From assembly GCA_041664345.1 (NCBI GenBank), contig JBAYKX010000023.1, positions 10,558-74,557 on the forward strand: 64,000 nt of DNA. The letters are read 5' to 3'. The translations under genes were made by a program, and so were the position numbers. Origin of the DNA: Salinivirgaceae bacterium. Lineage in GTDB: Bacteria > Bacteroidota > Bacteroidia > Bacteroidales > SZUA-534. Of this stretch, positions 35,467 to 45,230 are shown one piece after another. Numbering within the stretch: the first letter of the stretch is position 1; each line of letters begins with the position of its first letter. The notes beneath the pieces were generated by a model. That model did not search any database. It saw nothing but the letters and a program-made list of their open reading frames with translations, and was not told where the DNA came from.

Positions 35467-38019
35467 TTGACAAAGTTGTTACTCATGAAAAAAATTCTAC
35501 TTCTCCCATTATTGGTGCTTATTATAGCTGTTGTATCAGGAATTTTCTTTGTTAAGCACAAACAAGTTCTTTTACCAAAACTAAAACCTTTTGAGGAGTA
35601 TCAATTCATGCGGAATTATCCCGATTTTGAAGCCGGTGCCAAAGCTTATCAGATACATATTCGAAAAGAGGCAACCCGGGTGCAAAACCAAACTCAAAAA
35701 AGTGGGGAATCAATTCCCAATTGGATTACACAAGGACCTTACAACATAGGAGGACGAATTAATACCATTGCCCACAATCCTGGAAACGGCCAAATTATTT
35801 ATGTGGGAAGTGTATGCGGTGGAATTTTCAAAACTACCGATGGGGGGACAAACTGGTTCCCAATTTTTGATGAACAAGCCTACCTTGCGATAAGTTGCAT
35901 TGTGGTTAGCCCCGCCGATACCAACACCTTATTTGTAGGAACCGGCGATCCCAATGTTTCAGGATATCCTTGGGTGGGCGATGGAATTTATAAAAGTACC
36001 GATGCCGGTCAAAATTGGAAACATATTGGATTGGAACAGACTGGAATTGTTAGCAAAATTGCAGTAAATCCAAAAAATTCCAATATTGTTTATGCGGCAA
36101 CCATGGGAATCCCTTTTATCAGAGATGCCAACCGTGGATTGTATAAAAGTACGGATGGAGGAACCTCATGGAACAAGGTTTTGTTTCTGTCGAAAGAGGC
36201 AGGAATTATTGATATGGTTATGGTGCCGCAAAGTCCAGATACTTTGATTGTTGCGGGATGGGATCGAATCCGGAATTACAATGAAAGTATTGCTTCCGGT
36301 ACTCACAGTAAATTATACCGCACTTTTAACGGCGGCGCGAACTGGGATACGCTAACTGTTGATTTGCCGACTGTTGAATCTTCGCGCATTGGGTTGACTC
36401 TTTCACTTCAAGATACTCTTGAGGTTGTTGCGCAGTTTATTGATGCCACAAGTTTTGAAACGGCGGGGATTTTTAAATCAGTAAATTTTGGTTCTAATTG
36501 GCAAAAGTTAGAAGCTACCTATACTGAAGATATATTGGGTGGATTTGGTTGGTATTTTGGAAAAATCCGGGTTAACCCGTACAACAAAAAGCAACTATTT
36601 GTTTTGGGAGTCGATTTATCACGCAGCGACAATGGAGGAACTCATTTTGAACTATCTACGCCGCCTTGGTACACCTACGAAGTGCACGCCGATAAGCACG
36701 ATTTGGTTTTTATCGACAGTTTAACTCTTTTGCTTTCCACCGATGGCGGTTTGTATAAAAGTACCGATGGGGGTTTGAATTGGAATGACATTGAAAACAT
36801 TCCCAACACCCAGTTTTACAAGGTGGCTGTTGATCCAAATAAAAAGGATTTTTATTGCGGCGGTGCTCAGGATAATGGTACCAGCTATGGCCAAAAAGCA
36901 GACAGCATAAATTGGAAAAGACTTTTTGGGGGCGATGGGTTTCAACCGCTTTTTGATCCAAAAAGGCCGGAACTTATATATGCAGAAACACAAAATGGTG
37001 GTTTGTATTATGGAATCGATAAAAGCGGGGAATATGAATGGGATTATTTTGAAAATGGACTGGATGAAAGCGATCGCCGTTCGTGGGATATGCCCATTTG
37101 CATGAGTAAAATAAATTCAAAAATTATTTATACCGGTACCTACCGGATTTATAGGAATGTAGATTCCCCAACCGGAGATTGGGAGCCTATTAGTGATGAT
37201 TTAACCGATGGAACGGATAATAAATATCACATAATTTCAGCCATTGATGTATCACCGCTTACTGATAGTTTGATAGCTTCAGGCAGCAGCGATGGAAAAG
37301 TTTATCTTTTTGATTCTATAAGTTGGCGTGATATTTCAGCAGGGCTTCCCCAAAGGTATGTTACTTGTGTGCGATTCAGTCCCAATTCAAAGGAAAGTCT
37401 TTTTGTATCACATTCGGGCTATAAAGCCAATGAAAATATACCTCACTTGCATTTTTCCGAAAACTTGGGACAAACCTTTAAAAACATTTCGGGCAACCTG
37501 CCTCAGCTTGCCATTAACAGTATTGTTGTTTTAAAAGGATACCACGATTCAGTTATTTTTGTAGCTACCGATGGTGGAATTTATCACTCCCTTACCAAAG
37601 GACAAACTTGGGAACGAACCGGAACCGGAATGCCGGTAATACCTGTTTACGATTTAGCTTACGAGGATACCAATCACCTTCTGGTGGCCGGTACATTTGC
37701 CCGTTCTTTAATGACGTTGGAATTAGAGCCAATTATTAAAAAATATCAAGAAATTATTGAAAATGTTTCCGACCAAAAAATCTCGATGGACATCTATCCA
37801 AATCCGGCTAAAAACTATGTAATTGTTAAAAGCGCTAACTTTTCAAATGGTTCGATACTGACTATAGCTGAAATATCAGGAAAGATACTATATACACAAT
37901 CGGTAGTTCCAGATATAGAAAACAAAGTTAATATATCCGGACTATCGAAAGGAACTTATTTGGTATCGGTATATGATGGACAAAAGAAACTATATACCCA
38001 GAAATTGCTGATTCAATAA
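35467..38019 (+). CDS. BNR/Asp-box repeat (sortilin/VPS10-like) beta-propeller protein with T9SS C-terminal domain
   Basis: Repeated Asp-boxes (TTDGGTNW, STDAGQNW, STDGGTSW, SDNGGTHF, STDGGLNW). C-terminal IYPNPAKNYVIVKS... sorting domain. The ATG at 35485 (MKKILLLPLL) is a more likely start than the TTG at 35467. Confidence 0.7.
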   Translation: MTKLLLMKKILLLPLLVLIIAVVSGIFFVKHKQVLLPKLKPFEEYQFMRNYPDFEAGAKAYQIHIRKEATRVQNQTQKSGESIPNWITQGPYNIGGRINTIAHNPGNGQIIYVGSVCGGIFKTTDGGTNWFPIFDEQAYLAISCIVVSPADTNTLFVGTGDPNVSGYPWVGDGIYKSTDAGQNWKHIGLEQTGIVSKIAVNPKNSNIVYAATMGIPFIRDANRGLYKSTDGGTSWNKVLFLSKEAGIIDMVMVPQSPDTLIVAGWDRIRNYNESIASGTHSKLYRTFNGGANWDTLTVDLPTVESSRIGLTLSLQDTLEVVAQFIDATSFETAGIFKSVNFGSNWQKLEATYTEDILGGFGWYFGKIRVNPYNKKQLFVLGVDLSRSDNGGTHFELSTPPWYTYEVHADKHDLVFIDSLTLLLSTDGGLYKSTDGGLNWNDIENIPNTQFYKVAVDPNKKDFYCGGAQDNGTSYGQKADSINWKRLFGGDGFQPLFDPKRPELIYAETQNGGLYYGIDKSGEYEWDYFENGLDESDRRSWDMPICMSKINSKIIYTGTYRIYRNVDSPTGDWEPISDDLTDGTDNKYHIISAIDVSPLTDSLIASGSSDGKVYLFDSISWRDISAGLPQRYVTCVRFSPNSKESLFVSHSGYKANENIPHLHFSENLGQTFKNISGNLPQLAINSIVVLKGYHDSVIFVATDGGIYHSLTKGQTWERTGTGMPVIPVYDLAYEDTNHLLVAGTFARSLMTLELEPIIKKYQEIIENVSDQKISMDIYPNPAKNYVIVKSANFSNGSILTIAEISGKILYTQSVVPDIENKVNISGLSKGTYLVSVYDGQKKLYTQKLLIQ

Positions 38020-38555
38020 TGGTTACAGAGAAAAGAGAACTCCGCATCCACATAAGGCAATTGAAACAGCAATTGCCGGATGGATTGCGCCTTGAAAAAT
38101 CGGAAAAAATAAGGTCTCTTTTAGAATCCGATCCTGATTTTATAAAGGCGGAAACAGTGCTTATTTACTGGTCAATGCCCGACGAAGTGCATACCCATGA
38201 CTTCATTAACAAGTGGTGGAAGTCAAAAATAATACTGCTTCCATCGGTACAAGGTACTGTTTTGAAACTGAAGCAGTTTACTGGATTAGATTCCTTGCAA
38301 AAGGGAGAACTGATGGGAATATTGGAGCCAGTAGGACCAGAGTTTTCTACCACTGAACCCATTGATTTGATTGTGGTTCCGGGTATTGCTTTTGATAAAA
38401 ACAACTTCCGTATGGGACGTGGAAGAGGCTTTTACGATAGGTTGCTTCAAAACAAACCATCAAAAAAAATAGGAATCTGTTTCGATTTTCAATTTTTTGA
38501 ATCCATTCCAAAAGAAACCCATGATATTCCTATGGATGCAGTTATTTGGGCGTAG
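38019..38555 (+). CDS. 5-formyltetrahydrofolate cyclo-ligase
   Basis: 178 aa. C-terminal GMGRGFYDR signature of the MTHFS family. The start overlaps the upstream stop. Confidence 0.8.
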   Translation: MVTEKRELRIHIRQLKQQLPDGLRLEKSEKIRSLLESDPDFIKAETVLIYWSMPDEVHTHDFINKWWKSKIILLPSVQGTVLKLKQFTGLDSLQKGELMGILEPVGPEFSTTEPIDLIVVPGIAFDKNNFRMGRGRGFYDRLLQNKPSKKIGICFDFQFFESIPKETHDIPMDAVIWA

Positions 38556-38661
38556 TTAATTTGAGGTATTTTATTTGGATTCTAAAATCTTCGTTTTGAG
38601 GCAGGATAAAATTAGAAAAGCAAAGACTGACAATTCAAAATGTCAGCCTTTACTTTAATTC

Positions 38662-39729
38662 TTATTTAAATACCGGCATTTTACCAGGAATTTTCTTTGC
38701 CTGAATTCCGGTTTGAATGGAACGTTTCTGTGTTGAACCTTCTTTACTGTTTTTTAGGTTCTTTTCCCTATCAGCTTTGGTAACTGATTTTTCTGAGGCA
38801 TTTACTGTTGCACTTAAATCCATCTTCCAAATGGAAATCCAGTCGGTAGTTATTTTGGAATCAGCACCCAATATAAATCCAAATTTTTGGCCATAATTGC
38901 CTTCAAAAGGAGTTGAATTCATATAAACTTCATTTATAAAATAGTACAGGGTGTTTTTGTATTTCCTGATGGTCAATTTATTGTAATCACCTACAATTCC
39001 TCCGGTTCCAGTAAATTCTTCATCCCATGGATTATTATTTTTATTTCCAAACGTATAAAAGGAGGTGCCTTTATACGGAGTTAACAAGAAGAAATAAAAA
39101 TCAAATGAAGTTTCAATTAACGAACTAAAAATACCCGATCCTTGATTTAAGCTGTCGTCATCTATTTTGTAATAAATCTCATAATCGAAGTCTTCGTTTT
39201 CAGCGGGCATTTCCTTGGAATTCGTCCAGAAAAACCAGGTATTTACGGTGTCAAAGCTAGTCATGGAATATACTCCATTTGAAATGGAAAGGGTGTAATC
39301 AGAAGTGGTTTCTTCGGGCCATTCGCCATCAGTTGTAAATTCATTGACATAATGGTTGAACCAATTAATGGGTAAATCATAATTGGTAGGGTGGTCAAGT
39401 ATAATTTCTGCTGCTGCCACAGTTATGGTAATTTCCTTTTGGTTGCTTTTGCTTTCGTTTTGAGCAATCAAAGTAACTTTATAGTTGTTAGCTTCGGTAT
39501 AAATATGCTCAGGATTTGCAGCAATAGAGGTAGTTCCATCACCAAAGTTCCATTCATAAATATCTGCATTTTCGGAGCAATTGGTAAAAGTTACTATGTC
39601 GCCGGCTTTTATCTCAATACTTGGCGTATAGCTAAAGCAAGCTATAGGTTCGGGAGTGTCGCATCCTTGATAAATAAATACCGAAAGGACTGCAAAGAGA
39701 ATGCTAATTTTTGTGTTTAGTTTTTTCAC
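38662..39729 (-). CDS. Lipoprotein: one PKD domain + ~230-aa beta-sandwich-like domain + Lys-rich tail
   Basis: Lipobox (FIYQGCD). PKD signature (FTNCSENADIYEWNFGDG...NPEH). The C-terminal domain is clearly paralogous to that of the next gene. Confidence 0.65.
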   Translation of the reverse strand: MKKLNTKISILFAVLSVFIYQGCDTPEPIACFSYTPSIEIKAGDIVTFTNCSENADIYEWNFGDGTTSIAANPEHIYTEANNYKVTLIAQNESKSNQKEITITVAAAEIILDHPTNYDLPINWFNHYVNEFTTDGEWPEETTSDYTLSISNGVYSMTSFDTVNTWFFWTNSKEMPAENEDFDYEIYYKIDDDSLNQGSGIFSSLIETSFDFYFFLLTPYKGTSFYTFGNKNNNPWDEEFTGTGGIVGDYNKLTIRKYKNTLYYFINEVYMNSTPFEGNYGQKFGFILGADSKITTDWISIWKMDLSATVNASEKSVTKADREKNLKNSKEGSTQKRSIQTGIQAKKIPGKMPVFK

Positions 39730-39849
39730 TTGGTTTAATTTTGAAGTTACTACTTAGGAATGGGCTAATTTAACTAAAAAAATGGTACTGAAAACAGGGG
39801 TTTCTGTTTTTGGTAGTATTTACCTGTTTATATTTTAATTGCATTTTAA

Positions 39850-39895
39850 AATAAATAAAGGCTGCCGTATATTATGGCAGCCTTTATTTTAGTTC
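39850..39895 (-). terminator. Rho-independent terminator after the 3xPKD lipoprotein gene
   Basis: 10-bp stem aaaggctgcc (39857-39866) / ggcagccttt (39877-39886). A T-rich run follows on the minus strand. Confidence 0.75.
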
Positions 39896-39901
39896 TTGTA
39901 T

Positions 39902-41551
39902 TTACCTTTTTAGTACGGGTGATATTAGAGGTTCAGTTATTTTTACTGGTTTGCTTATTTTGCCTGTAGGTGCATATTTTTTAATTGCCTTAACAGGTTT
40001 TTCCCATTTCCCGGGTTGAAGGGTTATGTCTGCTTTTACAATCGGGGCAGTTGAATTGGTTCCTATTTGGCCACTTTTGCTTGTGGTTGCAGTATATATT
40101 TGAACTTTTTCAACCATTATTTGTGAAAGTTCATCGGTTGAAATGGCAAGCACATCTCCATAATCCCCCAAATAGGTGGTTGACTTAATAAATTCTTTAT
40201 TGAGAAAGAAATAATAAGTATTGTCGTACTTACGACAAGTTAACAGATTGAAATCATTACTAATACCTCCGAATTGCCACCCATTATTAAAAGAACCGTT
40301 GTGGTTACCAAAATTATATATGCCCTGTCCTGAATTGAGGTCAAAGGCGTAATAATAGAGATCTGAACTACTTTCATTAAATCCCCAATACATGCCATTA
40401 CCTCCGGTATAAGCTCCATTATTATATATTACTTTGTAGAGGATTTCAATGTCATAATTTGCCGAAGTTGGGGGCATAGTACACGAAGGATATGAGATAT
40501 AGAAACCATTGTCTGCTCTATAAGTAGTAAGTGTATAGTAACCGCCCGATACGTTTGCTGAGAATTCAGAATCACTTCCTACATACCAACTTCCTGTAGC
40601 ATTGAAATCATCCCGGTAATATTCTGTCCATACCACTGGCATTAGATATACTTTAGGATCAATTACTGCATCAGTAATCACAATAGTTTGCACATCGGTA
40701 TCGGATTCAGAACCATTTCTTGCAGTAAGCTTTATATTATAGGTTCCTGCCGTACCATAATAAACATATAAATCTTTATCGGTAAAATTAGTGATACCAT
40801 CCCCATCGGTGTCCCATTCATAACTGGTAGCACCTACTGAGCAATTGGTTAATGTAACTGTTTCACCAACATAGGCACTGGTTGTTGACATGTTAAAACA
40901 AGCCGTAACTGAAGGTGCATTAATAGTAATGGAGTGAGTAATTTGTTTTGAATCGGTGCCTTTTTTTGCAATCAGTATAACATCAAAATTTCCTGCTGAG
41001 CTAAAAGAATGAGTTGGTGAAGTATTGGTTGATGTTTGTCCATCACCAAAATCCCAACTATAGCTGTCGGCACCTGTTGAACAATTGGTAAAATTAACAG
41101 TTTCGCCAACTTCTGCCGTAGTGGTTGACATGGTAAAGCAGGCAACAATATTTGATTTAACGGTTATTTTATGAATTATTTCATCCTGTAAATTTTTTGT
41201 AGTTACCACCAATTTTACGTCATATACTCTAGGTTCATCAAATTCATGTTCAGGATTAGTGGCCACTGATTCTTCGCCATCGTCAAAATCCCATTTATAG
41301 CTGTCTGCATCGGTAGAGCAATTGGTAAAACTAACCAAATCGCCAGGTAAAATGTCATTTACCGGTTCATACGTAAAACAAGCAACGGGTTGTACATCCT
41401 CATCTCTTTCGCAAAACCCTCCCATTAACAAAAAAACCGAAATGGCTGCGAATAAAATTCTTGATATTGATTTTAATTGTTTCATAGTTTCATAGTTTAA
41501 TGTTAAATAAATTGGTGCAGCTAATTTACTAAATAGGGAGGGTTTTTGCAA
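39902..41551 (-). CDS. Lipoprotein: three PKD domains + paralogous ~230-aa beta-sandwich-like domain + Lys/Pro-rich tail
   Basis: Three PKD repeats (FTNCSTDADSYKWDFDDG, FTNCSTGADSYSWDFGDG, LTNCSVGATSYEWDTDGDG). The probable true start is MKQLKSISRILFAAISVF... at 41485. Confidence 0.65.
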   Translation of the reverse strand: MQKPSLFSKLAAPIYLTLNYETMKQLKSISRILFAAISVFLLMGGFCERDEDVQPVACFTYEPVNDILPGDLVSFTNCSTDADSYKWDFDDGEESVATNPEHEFDEPRVYDVKLVVTTKNLQDEIIHKITVKSNIVACFTMSTTTAEVGETVNFTNCSTGADSYSWDFGDGQTSTNTSPTHSFSSAGNFDVILIAKKGTDSKQITHSITINAPSVTACFNMSTTSAYVGETVTLTNCSVGATSYEWDTDGDGITNFTDKDLYVYYGTAGTYNIKLTARNGSESDTDVQTIVITDAVIDPKVYLMPVVWTEYYRDDFNATGSWYVGSDSEFSANVSGGYYTLTTYRADNGFYISYPSCTMPPTSANYDIEILYKVIYNNGAYTGGNGMYWGFNESSSDLYYYAFDLNSGQGIYNFGNHNGSFNNGWQFGGISNDFNLLTCRKYDNTYYFFLNKEFIKSTTYLGDYGDVLAISTDELSQIMVEKVQIYTATTSKSGQIGTNSTAPIVKADITLQPGKWEKPVKAIKKYAPTGKISKPVKITEPLISPVLKR

Positions 41552-41728
41552 ATAAATTTAATGGTGGGAAAAGCTATAAATAGTAAACCACAAAGATTGA
41601 ATTATTATATCAGTGAAAAAGTAATATGTAAACTCAAAATTAAAAATTTGGATTATATCAAACCTAAAATGTAAATTTACACACCCTTTAATTGCATTTG
41701 ATTTAGGGTAACATCAATAGAATTAAGA

Positions 41729-42900
41729 ATGAGAACCGCATTAACAAGCTTGAATATTGCCGGTTTAGTACTTGCATTATTATTCATTTCGCTCATACTT
41801 TTAAAAAAGGATAAGCAACTCCGCGATTATCTGTTGGCATTTTTTATATTCCTGCTCGGCACATTTTTACTCATTAAGTATGTGTTTCAGTTTGATTTGT
41901 ACAACACCTATCCAATTATTATTTATTTAGATATCTATTATTGGGTATTACTAGGTCCTACATTATATATTTACACATTGGTTTCAACCAGAGGGGAAAA
42001 CCACTTCCGTAAAAATTACCTTTTCACGTTAATTCCTGCTGCATTGGTAACCATCTGTTTTTCGCAATATATTTTTGGGAATGCAGCCGATCTGTTTAAC
42101 AATTGGGATAATTTACCAACAATCGCAATAGTTGGTGTTTACATCTGGCTTTGGAATTCTCCTGTTTTCTACTTGCTAACAATATTGGCAATTCGGAAAC
42201 ATCAAAAGAGCATTAAAAATCACTTCTCGTATTCAAAAACAATTGACCTTAACTGGCTGAATTACCTATCACACGGCTATGCTATTTTTATACTTTTTAT
42301 AATCACACGCGGAATAATACGCAATTTATCGGGTTGGGATTTATCTATTGATAATTATAGCCTAAGCCTCGCAACAGCTTTTATATACATATTTGGGATA
42401 GGTTTTTTTGGTTACCGCCAACGTGGGATTTTTGACAACTATAAAGATATTGCCATTCCGATTAATAATCGCGAAATGCAAAAAACATCGGATATTAAAG
42501 AAGATCGTTATCAATTGTCCTATCAAAAATCGGGATTAAATGATGCGGAAGCCCAACGAATTATTAACAAACTTGAACGGGTTATGCAATCGGAGGAACT
42601 TTACCTTGAAGCGAACTCTATCTGGCGGCCCTTGCCGAAAAGGTTGATGTATCGACTCACAAGCTATCTCAGGTAATTAATGAATACCTGAATAAAAACT
42701 TTTTCGATTTTGTTAACGAATACCGGATTGAACGGGCAAAAGAATTTTTGTTGGACCCGGCATATAATCAATTAAAAATAGTTTCGCTTGCCTATGATAG
42801 CGGTTTTAGTTCAAAATCGACCTTTTATACCACGTTTAAAAAAGCGGAAGGAATTACTCCGGCAGAGTATCGGAAAAAATACCAGCAAAAAACAGCATAA
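41729..42900 (+). pseudogene. Membrane-bound AraC-family regulator, frameshifted before the HTH domain
   Basis: The 315-aa multi-TM ORF ends at 42676 in a nonsense tail. Frame 1 from 42616 reads LYLAALAEKVDVSTHKLSQVINEYLNKNFFDFVNEYRIERAKEFL...FSSKSTFYTTFKK..GITPAEYRK and stops at 42898-42900, a complete AraC HTH. The total span of 1172 nt is one short of a multiple of 3. Confidence 0.75.
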
Positions 42901-42974
42901 TCCTAATTTTTGTTATCCCAGCCGATAGGGAAAAACCCAATTCTTGATATTCTTAAATAGTTTTGTCAATAAGT

Positions 42975-43139
42975 ACCCAAATTGAGCGGTTTGGAAGGGC
43001 AAATCACTCAATCGACTAAGAAATTGTAAGTAATTCACTTTTTACTGTTAATCTTTTTGGTGAGCTACAACAATTTCTAGGTCGGGGTTAAACCTAAGTA
43101 AAGCGCTTTTTCGCTGCGCTTAAATCGCTCAACTTAGGA
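42975..43139 (-). mobile_element. MITE-like element, family B, copy 2 (inverted relative to copy 1)
   Basis: Its reverse complement aligns with 6918-7091, and the terminal ~65 nt are almost identical. It has the same terminal inverted repeat. The internal hairpin cassette differs. Confidence 0.7.
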
Positions 43140-43238
43140 AGAATTTGCCATACTTGAGCCATGCTTATTGCGTTGCTACATTTATGTGTAGTTGCAAAAA
43201 TTGTAAACCAATTTGTTTAAAATCATAAAACCAGCATT

Positions 43239-44060
43239 ATGAAAAAATACATCACATTGAGTTTATTAATGCTCATAGCATTTGCATCAACTGCTCAAAT
43301 ATTATTAAACGGACCTCAAAAAATTGTTATTGATGTACCCCGAAACCGGTTGCTTGTTTCGAATTTTAACGATGGGAATCTTGTTGTGATCGACAGCGCG
43401 GGAAACCAATCCCTTTTTGTGCCGAATGCCGATTTTATTGACGGGCTTGAAATAGTTGGGGATACTATATTTGGTGTTGGCAGCAACAGGTTCATACATG
43501 CCTACAATTTGGAAACACGGAAACTTGTGTGGAATATAAAAATTCCGGGAACCAGTTATTTGTCGAGCATTACCTCCGATTCTGCAGGTTGCCTGTTCAT
43601 TTCTTGCCCAAAATTAAACAAAATATACAAGCTGCGCATTAGCGACCAGTCGTATTGGGAATTTGCAAGCAATAACGGACTGAAAAACCCAAACGGCATC
43701 CTACTCGAAAAAGAGAAAAACAGGATTGTAACCATAGGTGATTCTCCAAGTCCGTCGTTAATTCAAACTATTAGTTTGTCCGATTCTTCTGTTTCCACCC
43801 TGGCAACTACTAAATTCAGCAGTACCGATGGAATTACAAGGGACAAATTTGGGTATCATTATCTCTGAGGATATTCTTTAAATGGTGTTTATCGGATGAA
43901 TGCTGATTTTAGCAATGAACCTGAACTGATTTTTAAGGGCAACCAGATTATTTATCCAACTTACGATCCTTCCAGTCATTCGCTGTTAATCACCTATTAT
44001 GGCTCTAAGTCATGGGGTAGGGTTAACCTTGGAGCTTTTGTTAAGCCCATAACTGACTAG
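43239..44060 (+). pseudogene. Secreted beta-propeller-like protein (NHL/SMP-30-like) with in-frame TGA
   Basis: The signal peptide ORF stops at TGA 43866-43868. The same frame then stays open for 63 more codons (GYSLNGVYRMNADFSNEPELIF...) up to TAG 44058-44060. Family assignment is weak. Confidence 0.5.
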
Positions 44061-44132
44061 GATTATGGATTTAATTTGTAAACGGCAAATCATAAATCGT
44101 GTGAATAATTAATTTCTTAGCTTTTAAACAGT

Positions 44133-44480
44133 ATGAATACAAATGATCCCATCAAATTATCAATCCATAGCCAAAACGAAATTGAATTTATTGAAATTGA
44201 ATCAATTGTTCGAATGGAAGCCGAAGGGTGTTATACCAATGTTTTCCTGCATAACGGACGAAAAATTACGGTATCAAAATCATTGGGTGAATACGAAAGC
44301 ATTTTGTTGAACGCAAAATTTGTTAGGGTTCATAATTCACATATTGTAAACCTTAAACACATAAAAAAGTTCCTTAAAAAGGATGGCCTAATCCTTCAAA
44401 TGACCGATGACTATATGGTACCCATTGCAGTGAGGAGAAAAGATGTTTTCGAGGAAAAAATGAAAATGCTGGTGATATAA
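44133..44480 (+). CDS. Stand-alone LytTR DNA-binding domain protein
   Basis: 115 aa. LytTR pattern IVRMEAEGCYTNVFL..GRKITVSKSLGEYE...FVRVHNSHIVNLKHI. No receiver domain. Confidence 0.7.
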   Translation: MNTNDPIKLSIHSQNEIEFIEIESIVRMEAEGCYTNVFLHNGRKITVSKSLGEYESILLNAKFVRVHNSHIVNLKHIKKFLKKDGLILQMTDDYMVPIAVRRKDVFEEKMKMLVI

Positions 44481-44787
44481 CACTTATTCAAATTATACTA
44501 ACAGATAGAGGATTATCATACGCACATAGATAAACAGTGGCAGTTAGTAAAAAGCCCCAATATAAATTTGCGTGAAAATAAAGTTCCATTGCTTTGGATC
44601 ATTGAAACTATAATTGATTAGTATAAAACAAGAAGCCAATTTTAGGCGTAAGAATATTTTTCCGATAAAAATTTATAAAGCTATTAAATTCAGGATGTTA
44701 AGCTAAATAAATAGTTGTTGTTATGCAAAGCAAATAACTAGATAGCATGTAAATTTCTTCATTAACTTACAAAACCTGAATTCTTTT

Positions 44788-44822
44788 AAAACTTCCCGGT
44801 ATTCTGGGAAGTTTTATTTTTT
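44788..44822 (+). terminator. Orphan rho-independent terminator
   Basis: 10-bp stem aaaacttccc / gggaagtttt with an 8-nt loop, followed by atttttt. It lies ~310 nt after the nearest plus-strand stop codon. Confidence 0.65.
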
Positions 44823-45230
44823 ATAAACTACGAGTACCCTGCGAGCAAGGGAGATCGGTTTGAATCGGCATCGGTTGTTATTTAATTATTTCAATTTGTT
44901 CCCCATTTTAATTATTGGTACTGCCCTGCTCCCTCCTTTTCAAGGGAGGGTTGGGGTGGGTAAATTATATTTCAAATTTTTTCATTTTCCCTTTTTTTAC
45001 TTGTTCATTGTCTATTGGGTATTTGACATTGTTCATTTTTTCTATTTCTACCATCCGTCATTTATACCTGAGTAGTTACCACAAATCAGGATTTTTTAAT
45101 TCTCCGCAAATAACACCTATTTAAATGTTCCTTACAATTATGTATCAATTCCTGCCACCTATATAAGTATCCTCTCTTTACACTTTATCAGGCTTAATTT
45201 AGGGTTTTATTAACTTAAATCTGCCTATTT

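Noticed and set aside
43866-43868. TGA as selenocysteine, or an alternative genetic code (TGA or TAA reassignment)
   Set aside because: No SECIS-like stem-loop follows the TGA. TGA ends nadE and the MutS-related gene at positions that look like natural C-termini, and TAA/TAG end most other genes. The standard code 11 fits the window.
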